Source: Azolla caroliniana (lineage: Eukaryota > Plantae > Polypodiophyta). Taken from it: a stretch of 64,000 nt of DNA. The stretch spans positions 30,566,001-30,630,000 of the forward strand of contig JBHGNT010000001.1 in the NCBI GenBank assembly GCA_043228905.1, written 5' to 3'. Below the pieces are notes generated by a model, which saw only the letters and a program-made list of their open reading frames with translations, made no database searches and was not told the origin of the DNA. Positions 1-13,291 of the stretch are shown in pieces (the first letter of the stretch is position 1; each line of letters opens with the position of its first letter). The position numbers and the translations under genes are program-made.

Positions 1-2836
1 GAATATCTGATAGTCCTAATAGTACCAATAGCCCAAATCTATCGAACAAATTTGATGTCCAGCCAAAATAAGAGTCGTTTGGTTGGAGAGCCTTAGATTT
101 GTGCAACCCATTAGTGGTTCCATTCCCTCTAAGCAAGTTAGCAATGTTTTCTTAGCCCAAGTAACCGTTAGTACTAAAAGTACCTCTCTAGTACATGTCT
201 TAGCACTCCTAGATTCCGGAGCTAATTCTTGCTTCATGGATAGGATTTTTTCCCAAACTCATCATATATCCCTAAGAAAACTCCCGTGTCCAGCCTCTGT
301 AACTGTAGTCATTCATGGAGAGCCCTTTAATATTGTCCTAGATAATTTAGTGTGTGTAGTATCCTTTAATATAATTAGTATCCCAGAACATCCCAATGTT
401 TTGGGATTACCATGGTTCGAATTACATATCCCAGACATAGATTGGAGAACAAGAGAAATCCGGTATCGACAAACCCGAGGATCTACTCATAAGATTGCAA
501 CCATTTCGCTACATTAGTTGCATGAGGAAGGACGCAAGGAAGAAATGTTTCTCTTCGCAATATCAATAAAACCCTTAAACACCACTAAAGAGGAGTTCAC
601 CATTCAACTTCCAGAGAATTATCGTCATTATGCCTATGTGTTCGATAAAGTAGAAGCTAGTGCGCTTCCTCACCATCGATTTACAACCGGGAAAAGAGCC
701 ACCATGGGGACCGATCTACAATTTGTCACCAACTGAGCTAGAAGTCCTTCGAGCCTATATAGAGGAGAATTTGGCAAATGGTTTCATTCTACATTCGAAA
801 TCTCCAGCCAGCGCACCCATTTTCTTTGTCAAGAAAAAGGAGATTGATCACTTCGTCTCATCCTAGATTACCGTGGCTTGAATAAGGTTAGCATTAGGCA
901 TAGGTACGCACTTCCCCTTATCTCAAGTCTTTTAGAATGGATCAATGGTGCAAGGTTCTTCACAAAGATCCACTTACGAGGAGCATATAACCTCATACGG
1001 ATCCGACCAGGAGATGAATGGAAGACCACTTTTCGCACCAGATATGGGCACTTCGAGTATACGATCATGCCATTCGGCCTCACTAATGCGCCAACAGTCT
1101 TCCAACACATGGCAAATGATATATTCCGAGATCTCTTGGATGTTTGTTTGATCATCTATTTGGATGATCTATTGGTTTATTCGAAGACCCAAGAAGAGCA
1201 TGATTCTCAGGTACTGTTAGTACTAAAAAAACTTCGAGAACATGGTCTTTATGCAAAGCTGGAAAAATGTAGTTTCGAGTGCAACCAGGTAGAATTTCTG
1301 GGCTATGTCATTTTCTCAGAAGGCATCTCCATGGATCTAGCTAAGGTCAAAACCATGGTAGAGTGGAAGACTCCGCGTACGTTGTGAGATGTGCAATGTT
1401 TTTTAGGCTTTGCCAATTTCTACTGCAAGTTTATACAAGATTACTCAAACCTTGTTCTGCTTCTCACACAACTCACCAGGAAGGGACAATCGTTTGTTTG
1501 GTCTGAAGAAGCAGACATGGCTTTTGAGGGTCTTAAGAAGGCATTTACATCAGCTCCTATTGTGGTTCATGTTGATCCGGAAAAACCATTCATCATTGAA
1601 GCAGACACGTCAGATTTCGCGTTGGGTAGCATTCTGTCTCAACAAGGCGATGATGAAAAGCTCCATCCTGTGGCTTTCCACTCGCGCAAGTTTGACGCCG
1701 CCGAAATCAACTATGAAATTCATGATAAGGAGCTATTAGCAATAGTGGACTCATTTACACAATGGAGGGATTTTCTAGAGGGATCTTCTCATCAAGTCAT
1801 CGTATTCAGTGATCACAAAAACCTTGCCTACTTTCAGAATGCTCGTGTGTTAAATCGACGTCAAGCTCGGTGGGCCCAATTCCTCACTCGTTGTGACTTC
1901 AAAATTACATATCGTCCGGGGAAGCAACAAGGGAGGGCAAATGCTTTATTACGGGGCTCGTATCTAGCACCTCATCTTGGCGAGCCAGCTTTCGATAACC
2001 AAAAGCAAGTAGTCATGCGACCAGCACGACTACAAGCAACGCAGGTCTTCGGTATGCCCTTGGATTCCCACATTATCGATACAATACGTGAGAACTTGAA
2101 GACAGATGCTTTTGCCCAAGCCATTCTAGCACAAATTGATCCCTCTCGAGCATCTTGTTCACATTCGCGACAACCAGGTACGGACTATCGACAATTCGAA
2201 TGTCATGATGGATTACTATTCTTTAAGAAACTCTTGTATGTTCCTAATGGTTCTTATCGCCTTCGAGTAGTCCAAAACTGTCATGACACATATACAATTG
2301 GGCATTTTGGTAGTACTAAAACATTAGATTTAGTACAATGATCATTCTGGTGGCCCCTTATGCAACAATTTCTCGAAGATTTTGTTTGGACTTGTGATAC
2401 ATGCTGCAGAGCAAAAATGCCAAAGCATCATCCATATGGTTTATTAGAACCATTACCAATTCCAAGCAAGCCGTGGCAATCCATTGCTCTAGATTTCATC
2501 ACAGATCTTCCGGTCTCTAAGGGATTCAATGTGATCTTAACAGTAGTAGATCGATATACGAAGATAGCCCATTTTCTGCCATGTACTAAGGAAGTTTCCA
2601 GACTGAGTGAGGAAACCACCAAAATTGTCATGCGTGAAGCATGTCGGCATCATGGCTTTCCCGATAGTATCATCAGCAATCGTGGAGCCCAATTCGTCTC
2701 GAAATTCTGGTCGTATTAAACAACCTCCACCCCCGATCGAACTTGAAGATGGACCTCAGCATGAGCTTGCCGCCATCCTCGATTCCAAGATTGTTCGCAA
2801 CAAGCTCTACTATTTAGTCGATTGGCTAGGATATAG
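1..2836 (+). mobile_element. Degenerate Ty3/gypsy LTR-retrotransposon pol (chromovirus, Tcn1-like): protease-RT-RNase H-integrase-chromodomain, with stops, frameshifts and deletions
   Basis: Protease LLDSGA (ORF 83-517). RT motifs GDEWKTTFRTRYGHFEYTIMPFGLTNAP and YLDD (878-1387). RNase H EADTSDFALG...YEIHDKELLAIV (1391-2341). Integrase zinc finger H-H-C-C and DFITDLP (2280-2710). Chromodomain start ILDSKIVRNKLYYLVDWLGY (2770-2835). In-frame stops at 515, 1385 and 2339. No LTR seen. Confidence 0.95.
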
Positions 2837-2985
2837 TCTCTCTCTCTCTCTCTCTCTCTCACTCTTTCCTTCTCTCGAGAGTTCTACACCTCCCTTAGTA
2901 CTAATCCTCATCTTTTAGTACTAATTCCTTCTCTGTCTTAGTACTGTTCCTGACAATACTTCTCTATCTTAGTACTGCTCCTGAC
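2837..2985. repeat. (CT)n microsatellite followed by four short degenerate repeats (TTAGTACT core) at the gypsy/LINE junction
   Basis: (TC) run 2837-2860. Units ttagtactaatcctc, ttagtactaattcctt, ttagtactgttcctgacaa and ttagtactgctcctgacaa lie between 2896 and 2986. Confidence 0.8.
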
Positions 2986-5900
2986 AACAACATTCAGAAA
3001 TTGTCAGAAATTGCAGAATGCTCTTATTGCAGTCTCCAACTTCTTTGTGCAGAAAGCTAAGATCAAACAAAGTAATTACAGTAGAGGTTTGTTGAATGCA
3101 AAGAGAGGTTTGGCTTCTCTTCAAATTATGCTGGAAAAACAACCTTATTCTCAATATGTCCATTCTGAATTGCAAAATGTTATGATGTTGATTTCTTCTT
3201 TGCAACAAAAGCGTGCACAATTTTCTTTTCAAACATCTGCAGCAAGATGGTGTGCAAAATGTGACACCATGTCAAAAAAAAATTAAAATATGTTATGCCT
3301 AAAAGAAATAAGATCTAGATTGTGCAGTTAAAAAGATATGATGGTTTTGTCACATCGAATAGAGTTGAAATGAGGCATATTGTAGCCGATTATTATGAGT
3401 CTTTGTTTTGAGCAGATATTTCGAATAATGAAGTTTTACAAATGCGTGAAAAAGTTTGGACTGCTACTTCAGTCAAGGTAACATCTCAAATGTCACATCA
3501 ACTTCTCCATCCATTTTCCTCTTTTTGAAATTTTGCAAGCTATCAAAGGTATTCGGACAGATGTCTGCCCGGGAGTAGATGGAATGGGGAGAGATTTCTT
3601 CCTTACATACTAGGACCTGATTGCTGATGATTTACTTGCGGCATTTCAAGAAATGTTTAATACAGGTATTATGCTACAAATGTGGAAAGAGGGTTTGGTT
3701 TGCCTCATTCCGAAAGGTGATGTAGTCACAGATGAGGTTAAGGGTTGGTGCCCCATTACTCTATTAAATACAATTTACAAAATATATGTCAAGTTGTTGG
3801 CTTTGCGATTGCAGCCCTTTCTTCCGAACATTGTGCATGCATCTTAGACGGGATTTATGCAGGAACATGGTATCTTTGATAATGTTTTTTTGTTTTGGGA
3901 GTTAACAAGGATTGCAACGAAGACTAAAGAAGATCTTGCAATTCTTTTATTAGATTTTGAGAAGGCATATGATAGAGTTAATTGGGACTTCATGGAGCGT
4001 TCATTTTTTAGACTAGGCTTTCCGATCCAATGGATTAGGTTTGTAGCTTCTTTGTATCGTAAGGCCTTTAGTTCGGTCTTGGTAGCTAGTGGGCAAACTA
4101 GAAAATTTTCTATTTCCCGTTCTGTACGTCAAGGTTGTCCATTGGCCCCATCCTTGTTTTTGCTAGTAGTGGAAACATTTTCAATGTATTTAAATTCTTC
4201 CCAAGTTTCTCTTAAGGGTTTGCCTTTGCCCTTAATGCAACAACTGCTAGATTCAGAATTTGTTGATGATACAGCAATTTATGTCCAAGGTAATGATGAT
4301 AATTTAAGAAAATTACAAGTAGCCGTGGAGGAATTCTGCTTGGCCTCGGGGGCAAAGATAAATTGGCATAAATCTCTTGGATTTTGGGTATCACCAAATC
4401 CGTTGCCTACTTGGATGCCTTTGCAAGAATTCAAATGGGTTCCTAATGGAACCACTATTCGTTACTTGGGTTGCCAAGTGGGACTTCACGTTAATGCGGA
4501 TGTGTTAGTTGCTCCTCTACTTTTAAAGTTAAGAAGAAAATTGTTGCTTTGGGATTCGGTTGACTTATCATTTGCAAACGGTGTACTCGTAGCTAATCAA
4601 GTTCTTCTTGCAACTATTTGGTATATTGCTTCTACTATGTTGTTTGCTAGGTCATGTATTTTGCAGGTCCAACGTCTTATTCGCAATTATATTTGGGGAG
4701 GAAAAATAGGTCAGAATAAAAGGCCTAAAGTAGCTTTGGCAATATTGATTGCTCCGAGACAAAGTGGTGGGTTGGGGTTGGTGGATCCAGAATCACAATG
4801 TAAGGCTTTGCTCTCTAAATTTGGGTAGAGCTATGTTGTCAATGCAAGGTATTTTGAGCAAGCTAATGATGCGTAGGTTGTCTACTATGTGTCCGACAAT
4901 AGGCAGAGTTTGGCAACCCTCGTTAAGGTGGGCATTTATTCAAAATTTTCATCTCTTTAAAACATCCTTACCAGAAAATAGATTTTTTAATGGAATTCTC
5001 ACAAGTTGGGCAACTGTTAAGAAATTTCTAGTGCGAAAAATGCCTTTGATAATGGATGATTTGTTGAGACAGCCTTTGACCTGGAATTTTCTCTTCTATG
5101 ATGCAAGAGGTTTTTTGCTTGGTAGCCACCCCATGCTAAATTGGGCTACTTTGGATGCATCAGTTGCATGTAATGTTCTTTCATGGGGATGCCATGCTAT
5201 GAATCGTCCGTTACAATCTTTATCAATGCATTCAGTTCGAGGTGGCGCTATTATGAGTAATGATATGCAAGTCGCATTGGGACAATTTATGGCTTCATGG
5301 TCTCCCTTAAGTAAGCAAATATGGTTTGGTTATTTTTCTCCTTTAAAAGTTATTTTAGGAGCTAAAGTAACTAATGCTACGGGTGATGCTATGTATTTTA
5401 ATGTTGATGATGATGGTAGGTTGTGGCATTTATACTCTGCATCAGATGTGTGCATGTCCGCTAACACATTGGCCATTCAAGTAGTCGCAAGATCGGGAAA
5501 AAAATGGTATTTGGATCCACCCTTTCAAGAATGCTTGTTGTATTGCTTATTGTGGGTTTTTCAAAAAAAACCTCTTCAAAATTTAGATTGGGATCCGGTT
5601 GATTATCAATGGAAAAAGCCGAGTTATGGTGGAAATGGTAAACATTTGAAGTTTTTCCAATATTCGGTTCAGCTAGGTAGAAATTTATTGTTGCAATCAA
5701 AGTATAAATGTCTTGCTGCCATGAAGCACTGGTCTGAGAATAATGTGCAGGATTACAACTTGCAAAATTTTGGAAATGGTTGTGGAGCATGCAACTGCCG
5801 AAAAAAGGCATTTGCTTTCGATGGTTGTTGATTCATTATGCTCTTCCTATTGGTGATTGGTTGAGATAGCATCAACAATATGCTTGTGGATTGCATTGTG

Positions 5901-6622
5901 GCACACCTACTGAATCGATTTTGCATGTTTTTTGGTTATGTCCCAAGATGAAGAAATTTTGGAGTAAGTTGCTTTTTTTGTTGAGACAACACTACTCTTG
6001 ATCAATATTCTCTTGGGGTGCAGTATTGTGGGGTGTCCTTCATGGAGAGGTTATGAGGTATGAAAGTATGCATGCTTCTCATGTTTTTCATTTTTCTTAT
6101 GGACACATCTCTCTCACCTCGTTTCCTTCTTCTATTCCACGATTCAGAATTAAATATGTGGTCATTTGGTGTACAATTACATCATTGGCTCTTTGAATAA
6201 TATGGAAAGCGAGATGTGATTCTGTTTTTAACAATGCCCATGTACAGCTCAACACTATGCTTATTGAATTTTGGATGTTGTTTGTTCACACAATCCATGG
6301 GCAATATGATGATCTGCAGGGTTCAGATGATGTTTTGTGGCAACGGCAAGTGGCCTTTAAGAACCGATGGCAAGGACTCCAATTATTTTCAGAGACAACT
6401 GCTGGTCCAAAGGGGAATTATGCCATACCTTCGTTTATGTTGGATAGTGGATAGTAAGTATTGTTCTACTTGTTCATATATGACATCATCTGTATCATAA
6501 GATGTACTAGCTTTTGTATCTTACAAAAAGAAGTGAGATGAAATGTCTCCTTCTGTTTTCCTATGTAGACTTTTCAAGTAATATACTAAGGTGCATCTTC
6601 CATTAAAATAAAATAAAAGAAA
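2985..6622 (+). mobile_element. 5'-truncated, degenerate L1-clade LINE ORF2 (RT + zf-RVT) with an A-rich 3' tail
   Basis: Motifs CPGVDG, LVCLIPKG, WCPITLLNTIYKI, LLDFEKAYDRVNW, SVRQGCPLAP, FVDD, YLG and GGLGL. zf-RVT-like CGLHCGTPTESILHVFWLCP at ~5885-5945. Tail taaaataaaataaaagaaa at 6604-6622. Several stops and frameshifts. Confidence 0.92.
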
Positions 6623-7193
6623 CTTTACAAGTAGAGGAGCAATTGACATATCTGCATTAACATGAAGTCCCACTTGAATTCCTATGGAGGCATCCAAGTA
6701 GGTAATGAATTTTGTGATACCAAAAAACCAAGAGATTTATGGCAATTTATCTTTGCTCCAAAGGCCAAACAGAATTCCTCCACTACTAGCAATTTACTTA
6801 AATTATCATCATTACCTTAGACATAAATTGTGAGAAGAATTTAAATACATTGAGAATGTTTCCATTACTAACAAAAACAAGAATGGTGCCAATGGACAAC
6901 CTTGATGCCACCGGTTACCAAGACTAAACTAAAGGCCTCACGATACAACGAAGCTACAGTCGTAATCCATTGAACATGAAAACCTAATCTAAAAAACAAA
7001 CCTTCCATGAAGTCCCAATCAACTCTATCATATGCCTTTTCAAAATCTAATAAAAGTACCGCAAGATCTTCTTTATTCTTCATTGCAATCCCTGTTAATT
7101 CCTAGAATAAAAAAACATTATAAAAAATACTACGTTCTTACATAAGTCTTGTCTGAGATTCATGCACAATATCTGGAAGAAAGGGTTGTAATC
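6621..7193 (-). mobile_element. Inverted, internally deleted copy of the same LINE family RT region
   Basis: ORF 6868-7083(-) KEDLAVLLLDFEKAYDRVDWDFMEG matches KEDLAILLLDFEKAYDRVNWDFMER at ~3925-3990(+). The two ends match ~3808-3860 and ~4475-4530. Confidence 0.9.
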
Positions 7194-10100
7194 TTACAAA
7201 GAAAGGGTTGTAGTAATATAAGTCTTACAAAGAAAAGCAAACACTTGGTCATTGATGCCTATTAGCAATGTGTAGAAAAGATCATACATGTCTTCATGTC
7301 TAGAAAATTTCATATTAACAAGTTTGTATGGAGAAATGACAACAGTCAGAATTGGTACCAAATCTAAAGAGGAAAACATGTTTGAGAGGTGAGATAATCA
7401 TTGAAGGACACGGGATATTGGAGTGAACACATGCATACATCATGGAGATTGAAGAAATGTATGTTTAATACACATTCATAATCGTGGACAAATTGACAAT
7501 CATGCATTCATAGAATCAATGGAGTTTATTGAGACCCCCAAAGTTGGAAGCTTTATAAGTCAAAGATCACTTAGTATTCAGTCATATTGATCTCATGAAG
7601 AAAGTCACGATGTAGCTAAAGAGGTTATGGGATTTGGATACCTATTCAACCAAGTTTTTCAAGTCCAATGAACCCATATTCGTAGAAAAGTAGACAATAC
7701 ATATTATTTTATACAAAACAAGAGAGTCAACAGCAAGGTACTTCGTAAAGTTCTCCCATAAGTTTATCAATACATTACCTTTCTATATATTTATTTTCTA
7801 ATAAATTAGTTTGTTCAAGAAGGTTGAATAGACCTACTAAAGCTTTCTAATAATATGATACAATTGTATATGAAGTATTAGTAATGTTTAGGAAGGCTAT
7901 CTTCGAAAACGTGTCGATTTTCTAGTGTTATTAGAACTGAATGTATTTTTTGTTTCACTGTTCATGATAAGTATTGTCCTTAGAAAAGTATGAAATTTTG
8001 CCTCATCAATCAATGTTTGAATTTTGCATGAGCAATTTCCTCTAGAATTTTATTTGACACGTTGTATTAAAGTTTAGATTTTTATGAGGGATGGATGAAA
8101 CGTAGTTATTGGGCATATTATATACTCATGCAATCTTGAACTCTTTATTTGAGCATGTGGAAGATATGGAAAATGCCTCATTGACTCAAAGGAAAGTACC
8201 AACTTCAAACACAAGCATGCAAAATGCAGATGGTCAATATTATATCTGTCACCAACACCGTGGATTATGGAAAGAACTTCTTTTCCTCTCACGGTCCCAA
8301 ATTTCAAGATCCTACAATCTATCTTTTCTAATCATATTACTATAAGCTATATTCTTTGCTTTTAATTAAAGCTTGTTCCTTTCACTTTTTGCAATTGGGT
8401 TTGAATATCACACTTTCTACATTCCTTCACTAGATGTCACTACATGACCTCGCAACTTTACTGATTCAAAGATTGTCTAAAATTCCCCACAAGGTTAGTT
8501 TCACCTGCTTTTGTCACAAAATTCAACTCCTCTTCCATATTAATTACCCTACACTTGTATTTATATGAGTTTATTAAATTTGGTCATTTAGGATGATTCT
8601 AGTTTAATGTCCTCAAGGGTTTTTATAGCACAACATTATCGCTATGGTATTCACCAATTACAACTTTAAGCGGACTTCTATAGTTCTTGCAATCATACGT
8701 GGAGGTATGTCATTATTACAACCATGTGCGGTCTCCATCATTTTACAAATTAAAGTTGGTGAAGGATTTCATACAAACAACATTCTACACAAGAAGTTAC
8801 AATTCTTTACTCAAACAATAAAAAGTGCATTACTTTTACAAAGTGAGACAATGAAAATCAATTTATTCATAATCAACACACACTTTTTTTTCGTTATGTT
8901 CATAATTTGAATGTTGGTAAAGTTCTAACATGTCTTACGAACTCATAGGAGGTGTCGTCATGCAATATGCATGCACGCATGTCATGTAATGTTATGCTCG
9001 AAATAATGGGGAACATGCCAAGTTTGTTGCTAAAATGAAATCTAAGAGAAAATTATCACACTACCACCTAGCAATGTCATTATTGCGTAAATTTGAGTCA
9101 ACGTTAAGAAAAAGTCCCAAAACACCACCAATCTCAAGAATTAAATTATGTTGTGGAATCGTATGGCATTACATCATACAAAATGTTTTATCTCTTTTTT
9201 CCACTTAATTCATAATTATTATTAGTTTTTAAATATCCTCCATTGGTATTAAAAGACCTAACAATTATTAATTTATTGTCCATTTCTTCTTAAGTTAATT
9301 AATTACAAAGGAAAAAAAATATGTCAATGTTGTGGCCATATTATTTTTAGCTAAAAGTAGTGTGATCTAAAACTATGAAGGCTTTTTATAATTCAATGCT
9401 ACATCACACTTGTTAGTGAAGATAAATTTAGGTTTGTATTATTGAGTACATACACTCCCGACCTTAAACCTGAATTTGCAAACACAAGTAAGCTTAGTAA
9501 ACATTATCTATATAAAAACAATGCTCTCACATTCTAATGTACCATGTACGTCCTATTAAATTCCAATATAAAATTATTCTTATCATTTTTTGTGGCTTCA
9601 AATTTGCGCACAAGATTGGTTATTTTGTAAAGTGGTTTTTTTTTATAGAGTTCCATATCGTGAAGTAGATATCGTTCACAAGTTATAGACAACATGTATT
9701 TCATAAACTTGTGACTAGCATGATTGACCACTTGTCAACTAATAGACAAACTAAGCAAATTAATCGAGAGCATGCGGATCTATTGATATGTCAACATTGC
9801 TAAAATTCACACATAATTCTACTATCAATTTTACTCCCCTTATGATGAGTTATGTATAGTCTCACCAACAAAGGTTTACATAGAATATTTTTCAAGCAAA
9901 GAACACATTGTTTTAACATTAGTCAAAAGGATGGCAACTTAGGTTAGTGGTGTGGGAGAGTGTGCACCTTTTGGTTTTACTAAAAGTGCCGTAATTTCAT
10001 TTTGAGGGACAAAAAGCTTAGGGGGGTAATGCCACAACATTGATCATTTTATTATAAACATAGGTTTGCAAATATATTTCCAAAGTAAAGGCCAAGTATA

Positions 10101-11421
10101 AGAGATAATGCACATGTTCAAAGGTGTTATTTTGCTTGATAAGGGAAAAAATGTGGTTTTTAGGAAATCGATCATTTGAAATAATAAATAAACATTTTAC
10201 AATCTTTGCAATTGGTATTGCAAAAACTAATGGTTACTCTAACGAGAGCAACTTGTCTACAAGATACTGATCGGCAAAAAATGCATTGGGGACTATTGTT
10301 GTTTATGATATCATGGCTTGGTTTGATAGAGTGTCACAATTAAAGAGAAGTAGAGGTGGAAAAATCATGGAGAGTGGAGACAAAATTTTGTTTGATTGAG
10401 TTTCTCTGCCTTCTAAAACTAAAGAAGGGACCACGAGAGAGGATCTATAAGAAGTAACTAGAACCGTGGTCCATTGACATTGGCGTTGCATCCTACATAA
10501 GGGAACTTTGACATCTCCCCCCACATAATGGTGATTGTATTAATTATGAAACGGATAACTATGATAGACTAGGGGTGCAATATCAAGAAAAGCCCATCTA
10601 ATCCACCATTGGTTCCTTTATCAATTACGTAATTCCTTTGGATGTTGGACCTATTTGGTCACGTTACCACCTAAGTGACAAAAACCCAGCTTTTGCCATG
10701 GACTTGGCCTCGTCCCATATATTGCAATTGGTCTTTTTTGGATCCTTGTAAGATGTGTGGTGCACATTCTCATTTACCTTTTAATGTGGATGAGGCATGA
10801 CATGAAACGAGGCACATATAACACGATATGAAAAGAGCGGAAAATATTGGTAGGCCAAAGACCGAAGTGGGTTCTCGCCACAAACAAGTAGGTACTGCGA
10901 TCAATCTACTTGTCTGTTTGTGTTGTCTTACATTTCGCATACATTTTGCAAGCTCTGGGTAAAGCGTGGTGGGCCACCTTTGCATGGGTCTTCTTCTATA
11001 CTCAGAAGAGTGAGACTTGAAGATTGTAATATAAGAAGATAAAAGGTGTCACTTTTTTGGATCAGTTTTTAAAAAAATAAAAATTAATTATTGTTTTTTT
11101 TCCCCCTTTGAAAAAAGTAGATGAAAAGTTCTTCTTCTTCTTCTTTTATCTCAGCAAGGAAAGAATTTTAGCAGATGATGTTTGTGTGTATGTAGTACAT
11201 ATATATATATATACATATGTAGCACACATAGACATAAAATATAAATCCATCTAATCTGGATCCTATTTTGCACTTGAGCACTTGGGGTGTTTCTTTCATT
11301 CAATCCAATTCAATTCAATTCAATCCAATTCAATCCAATTCCTCATCCTTCTTTCCTTTTTCTTCTTTTGAATCTGTTAATCTGTTGCCAATTCCCATAC
11401 TTCAGACTATATCCCATCATC

Positions 11422-13291
11422 ATGACTCGAGCTGAATTGGGCAAATTCCCTTCCAGAGCTCCTCCTTCTCACTTGAATTTACCTCCGGGTTTCCGCTTCT
11501 TCCCGACCGATGAAGAGCTCGTGCTCGATTATCTCTGCAAAAAAGCTCCAGTATCTCCAACATCCCAACAAGAACCACATATTAAACAGAATGCTTGCAT
11601 GCCCACAATCATAGCTGATGTTGAACTCTACAAATTCGATCCCTGGGACCTCCCTGGTAAACATCTAATGTTCCAACATACATTTCATCCCCTCAGTTTC
11701 TTCAATTTCAACTGAATCTTCTTCATTTAATAATTATCAAATTTAATCACCGTTGCTCGAATCTTTCTTAGTCTTGCCGGGGATAAATAAATCGCATCGA
11801 AAGATCTAATCGCTTAATCCATCAAACATGTCGATCAATTCTAGTCCTAATTTAGTTGGTAATTTGTGATATTTGACTAGCCTGGATGATTAGTTGTGAC
11901 CATTCTAGCTTATTGTGATTGCAACAAACTTAGCTAAGAATGTTGGGGATGATAGATCAATTGGGAAAAAGTTTCCTAAAGAGAAATGTGCACTAGATCT
12001 ATTAAATCTAGGAAATGATTTACCCAAGAGCAAAATTTGATGGGTTCATCATGTGGGGCTCTGTAGGCCGAGCGATGTTCGGGGAGCACGAATGGTATTT
12101 CTTCAGCCCACGGGATCGAAAGTACCCAAACGGGTCGCGGCCGAACCGAGCTGCGGGAACAGGGTACTGGAAAGCGACGGGGGCCGACAAGTCCATATGT
12201 GTCGCATCGACCACCACCGGGAGGCGGAAGAAGGTGGGCATCAAGAAAGCCCTGGTCTTCTACAAAGGCAAAGCCCCCAAGGGAGTGAAAACCAACTGGA
12301 TCATGCACGAATACAGGCTCGCCGACATCGGGCCCAATGCTCCCGGCCCCAAACAGAAGCCGAGCTCACTAAGGGTAAGGCCTCACCCCTTCCTTCATAT
12401 AATATATATCGATTCCCGCTTAAACTTCGAATATTTAGTTCCTCCCCGCATTATTCTTCGTAGTTCGTTCGGCTCGGCTCGCTAAATTTAAATTTGTCTT
12501 GTTTCGATCCCGTGGTGCAGCTCGACAACTGGGTGCTGTGCCGGATTTACAAGAAGCGCTCCGCCAAGTCGTCCGAGGATGTCAATGCCAATGCCAGGGC
12601 GGGCGAATCCGTCTCCGAATCCTTCGTGAGCTTCGATGAAGGGTCGCCCGATATCACGCACCAATCCTCGGCACCCGAGATCGAAGAGGACTCGATGGCC
12701 CACCAAGGGTCACCACAAGAGCCCCATCCCCATCCCCATCCCACCCATCATCACACTTCCGTTGGATTTCATCCTTGCACTGGACACTTGACCACTAGCC
12801 CCCTCGAGATCCCATGTCTCACCTCCAACACAATGTCCGCCCACTCGTCCGACGATTCCTCCTCGTATGGCACCACCACCCAAGATGACGGGTCCGTGGC
12901 CGAGAGCCCGACCGACACTTTCACAACCTTTCCCTCCAATCCACCTCCCCTCGGATTTTATGCCCAAATGGACAACAATTTGTCCCTTGAGAGTGTGGTC
13001 AACACTTTGATGGACTTCCCCCCCATCCATAACACCTTTGCTATCCCTCCTTTCCAACAACATGATGGTTCGGACATCATCGAGAACATGTTTCACACGT
13101 TGGTGAGCTCTCCGTTGTGCCACACCAACACGCTCATAGGAAATGACATCAACAACATCACCTCACACCCTTCTTGTGGATTCTATGGTCTCGACCTAGG
13201 GCTCCCTAGCCCTTCTACTTATTCTTGTTCCATGCATGGCCTCATCGATCTCGATTCTTTATTCCCTCCCTTGTTTTCTCCAACTCATTGA
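11422..13291 (+). CDS. NAC-domain transcription factor (ATAF/SNAC-like); exons 11422-11656, 12067-12374, 12521-13291
   Basis: Subdomain motifs [87 protein letters not shown] and [16 protein letters not shown] introns at the canonical NAC positions keep the frame. Confidence 0.96.

Noticed and set aside
7200-10700. Short ORFs and possible old transposase relics upstream of NAC
   Set aside because: No motif I could identify with confidence; left unannotated.
11976-13123. Multiple long overlapping/antisense ORFs over the NAC exons
   Set aside because: Expected shadow ORFs of GC-rich coding sequence.
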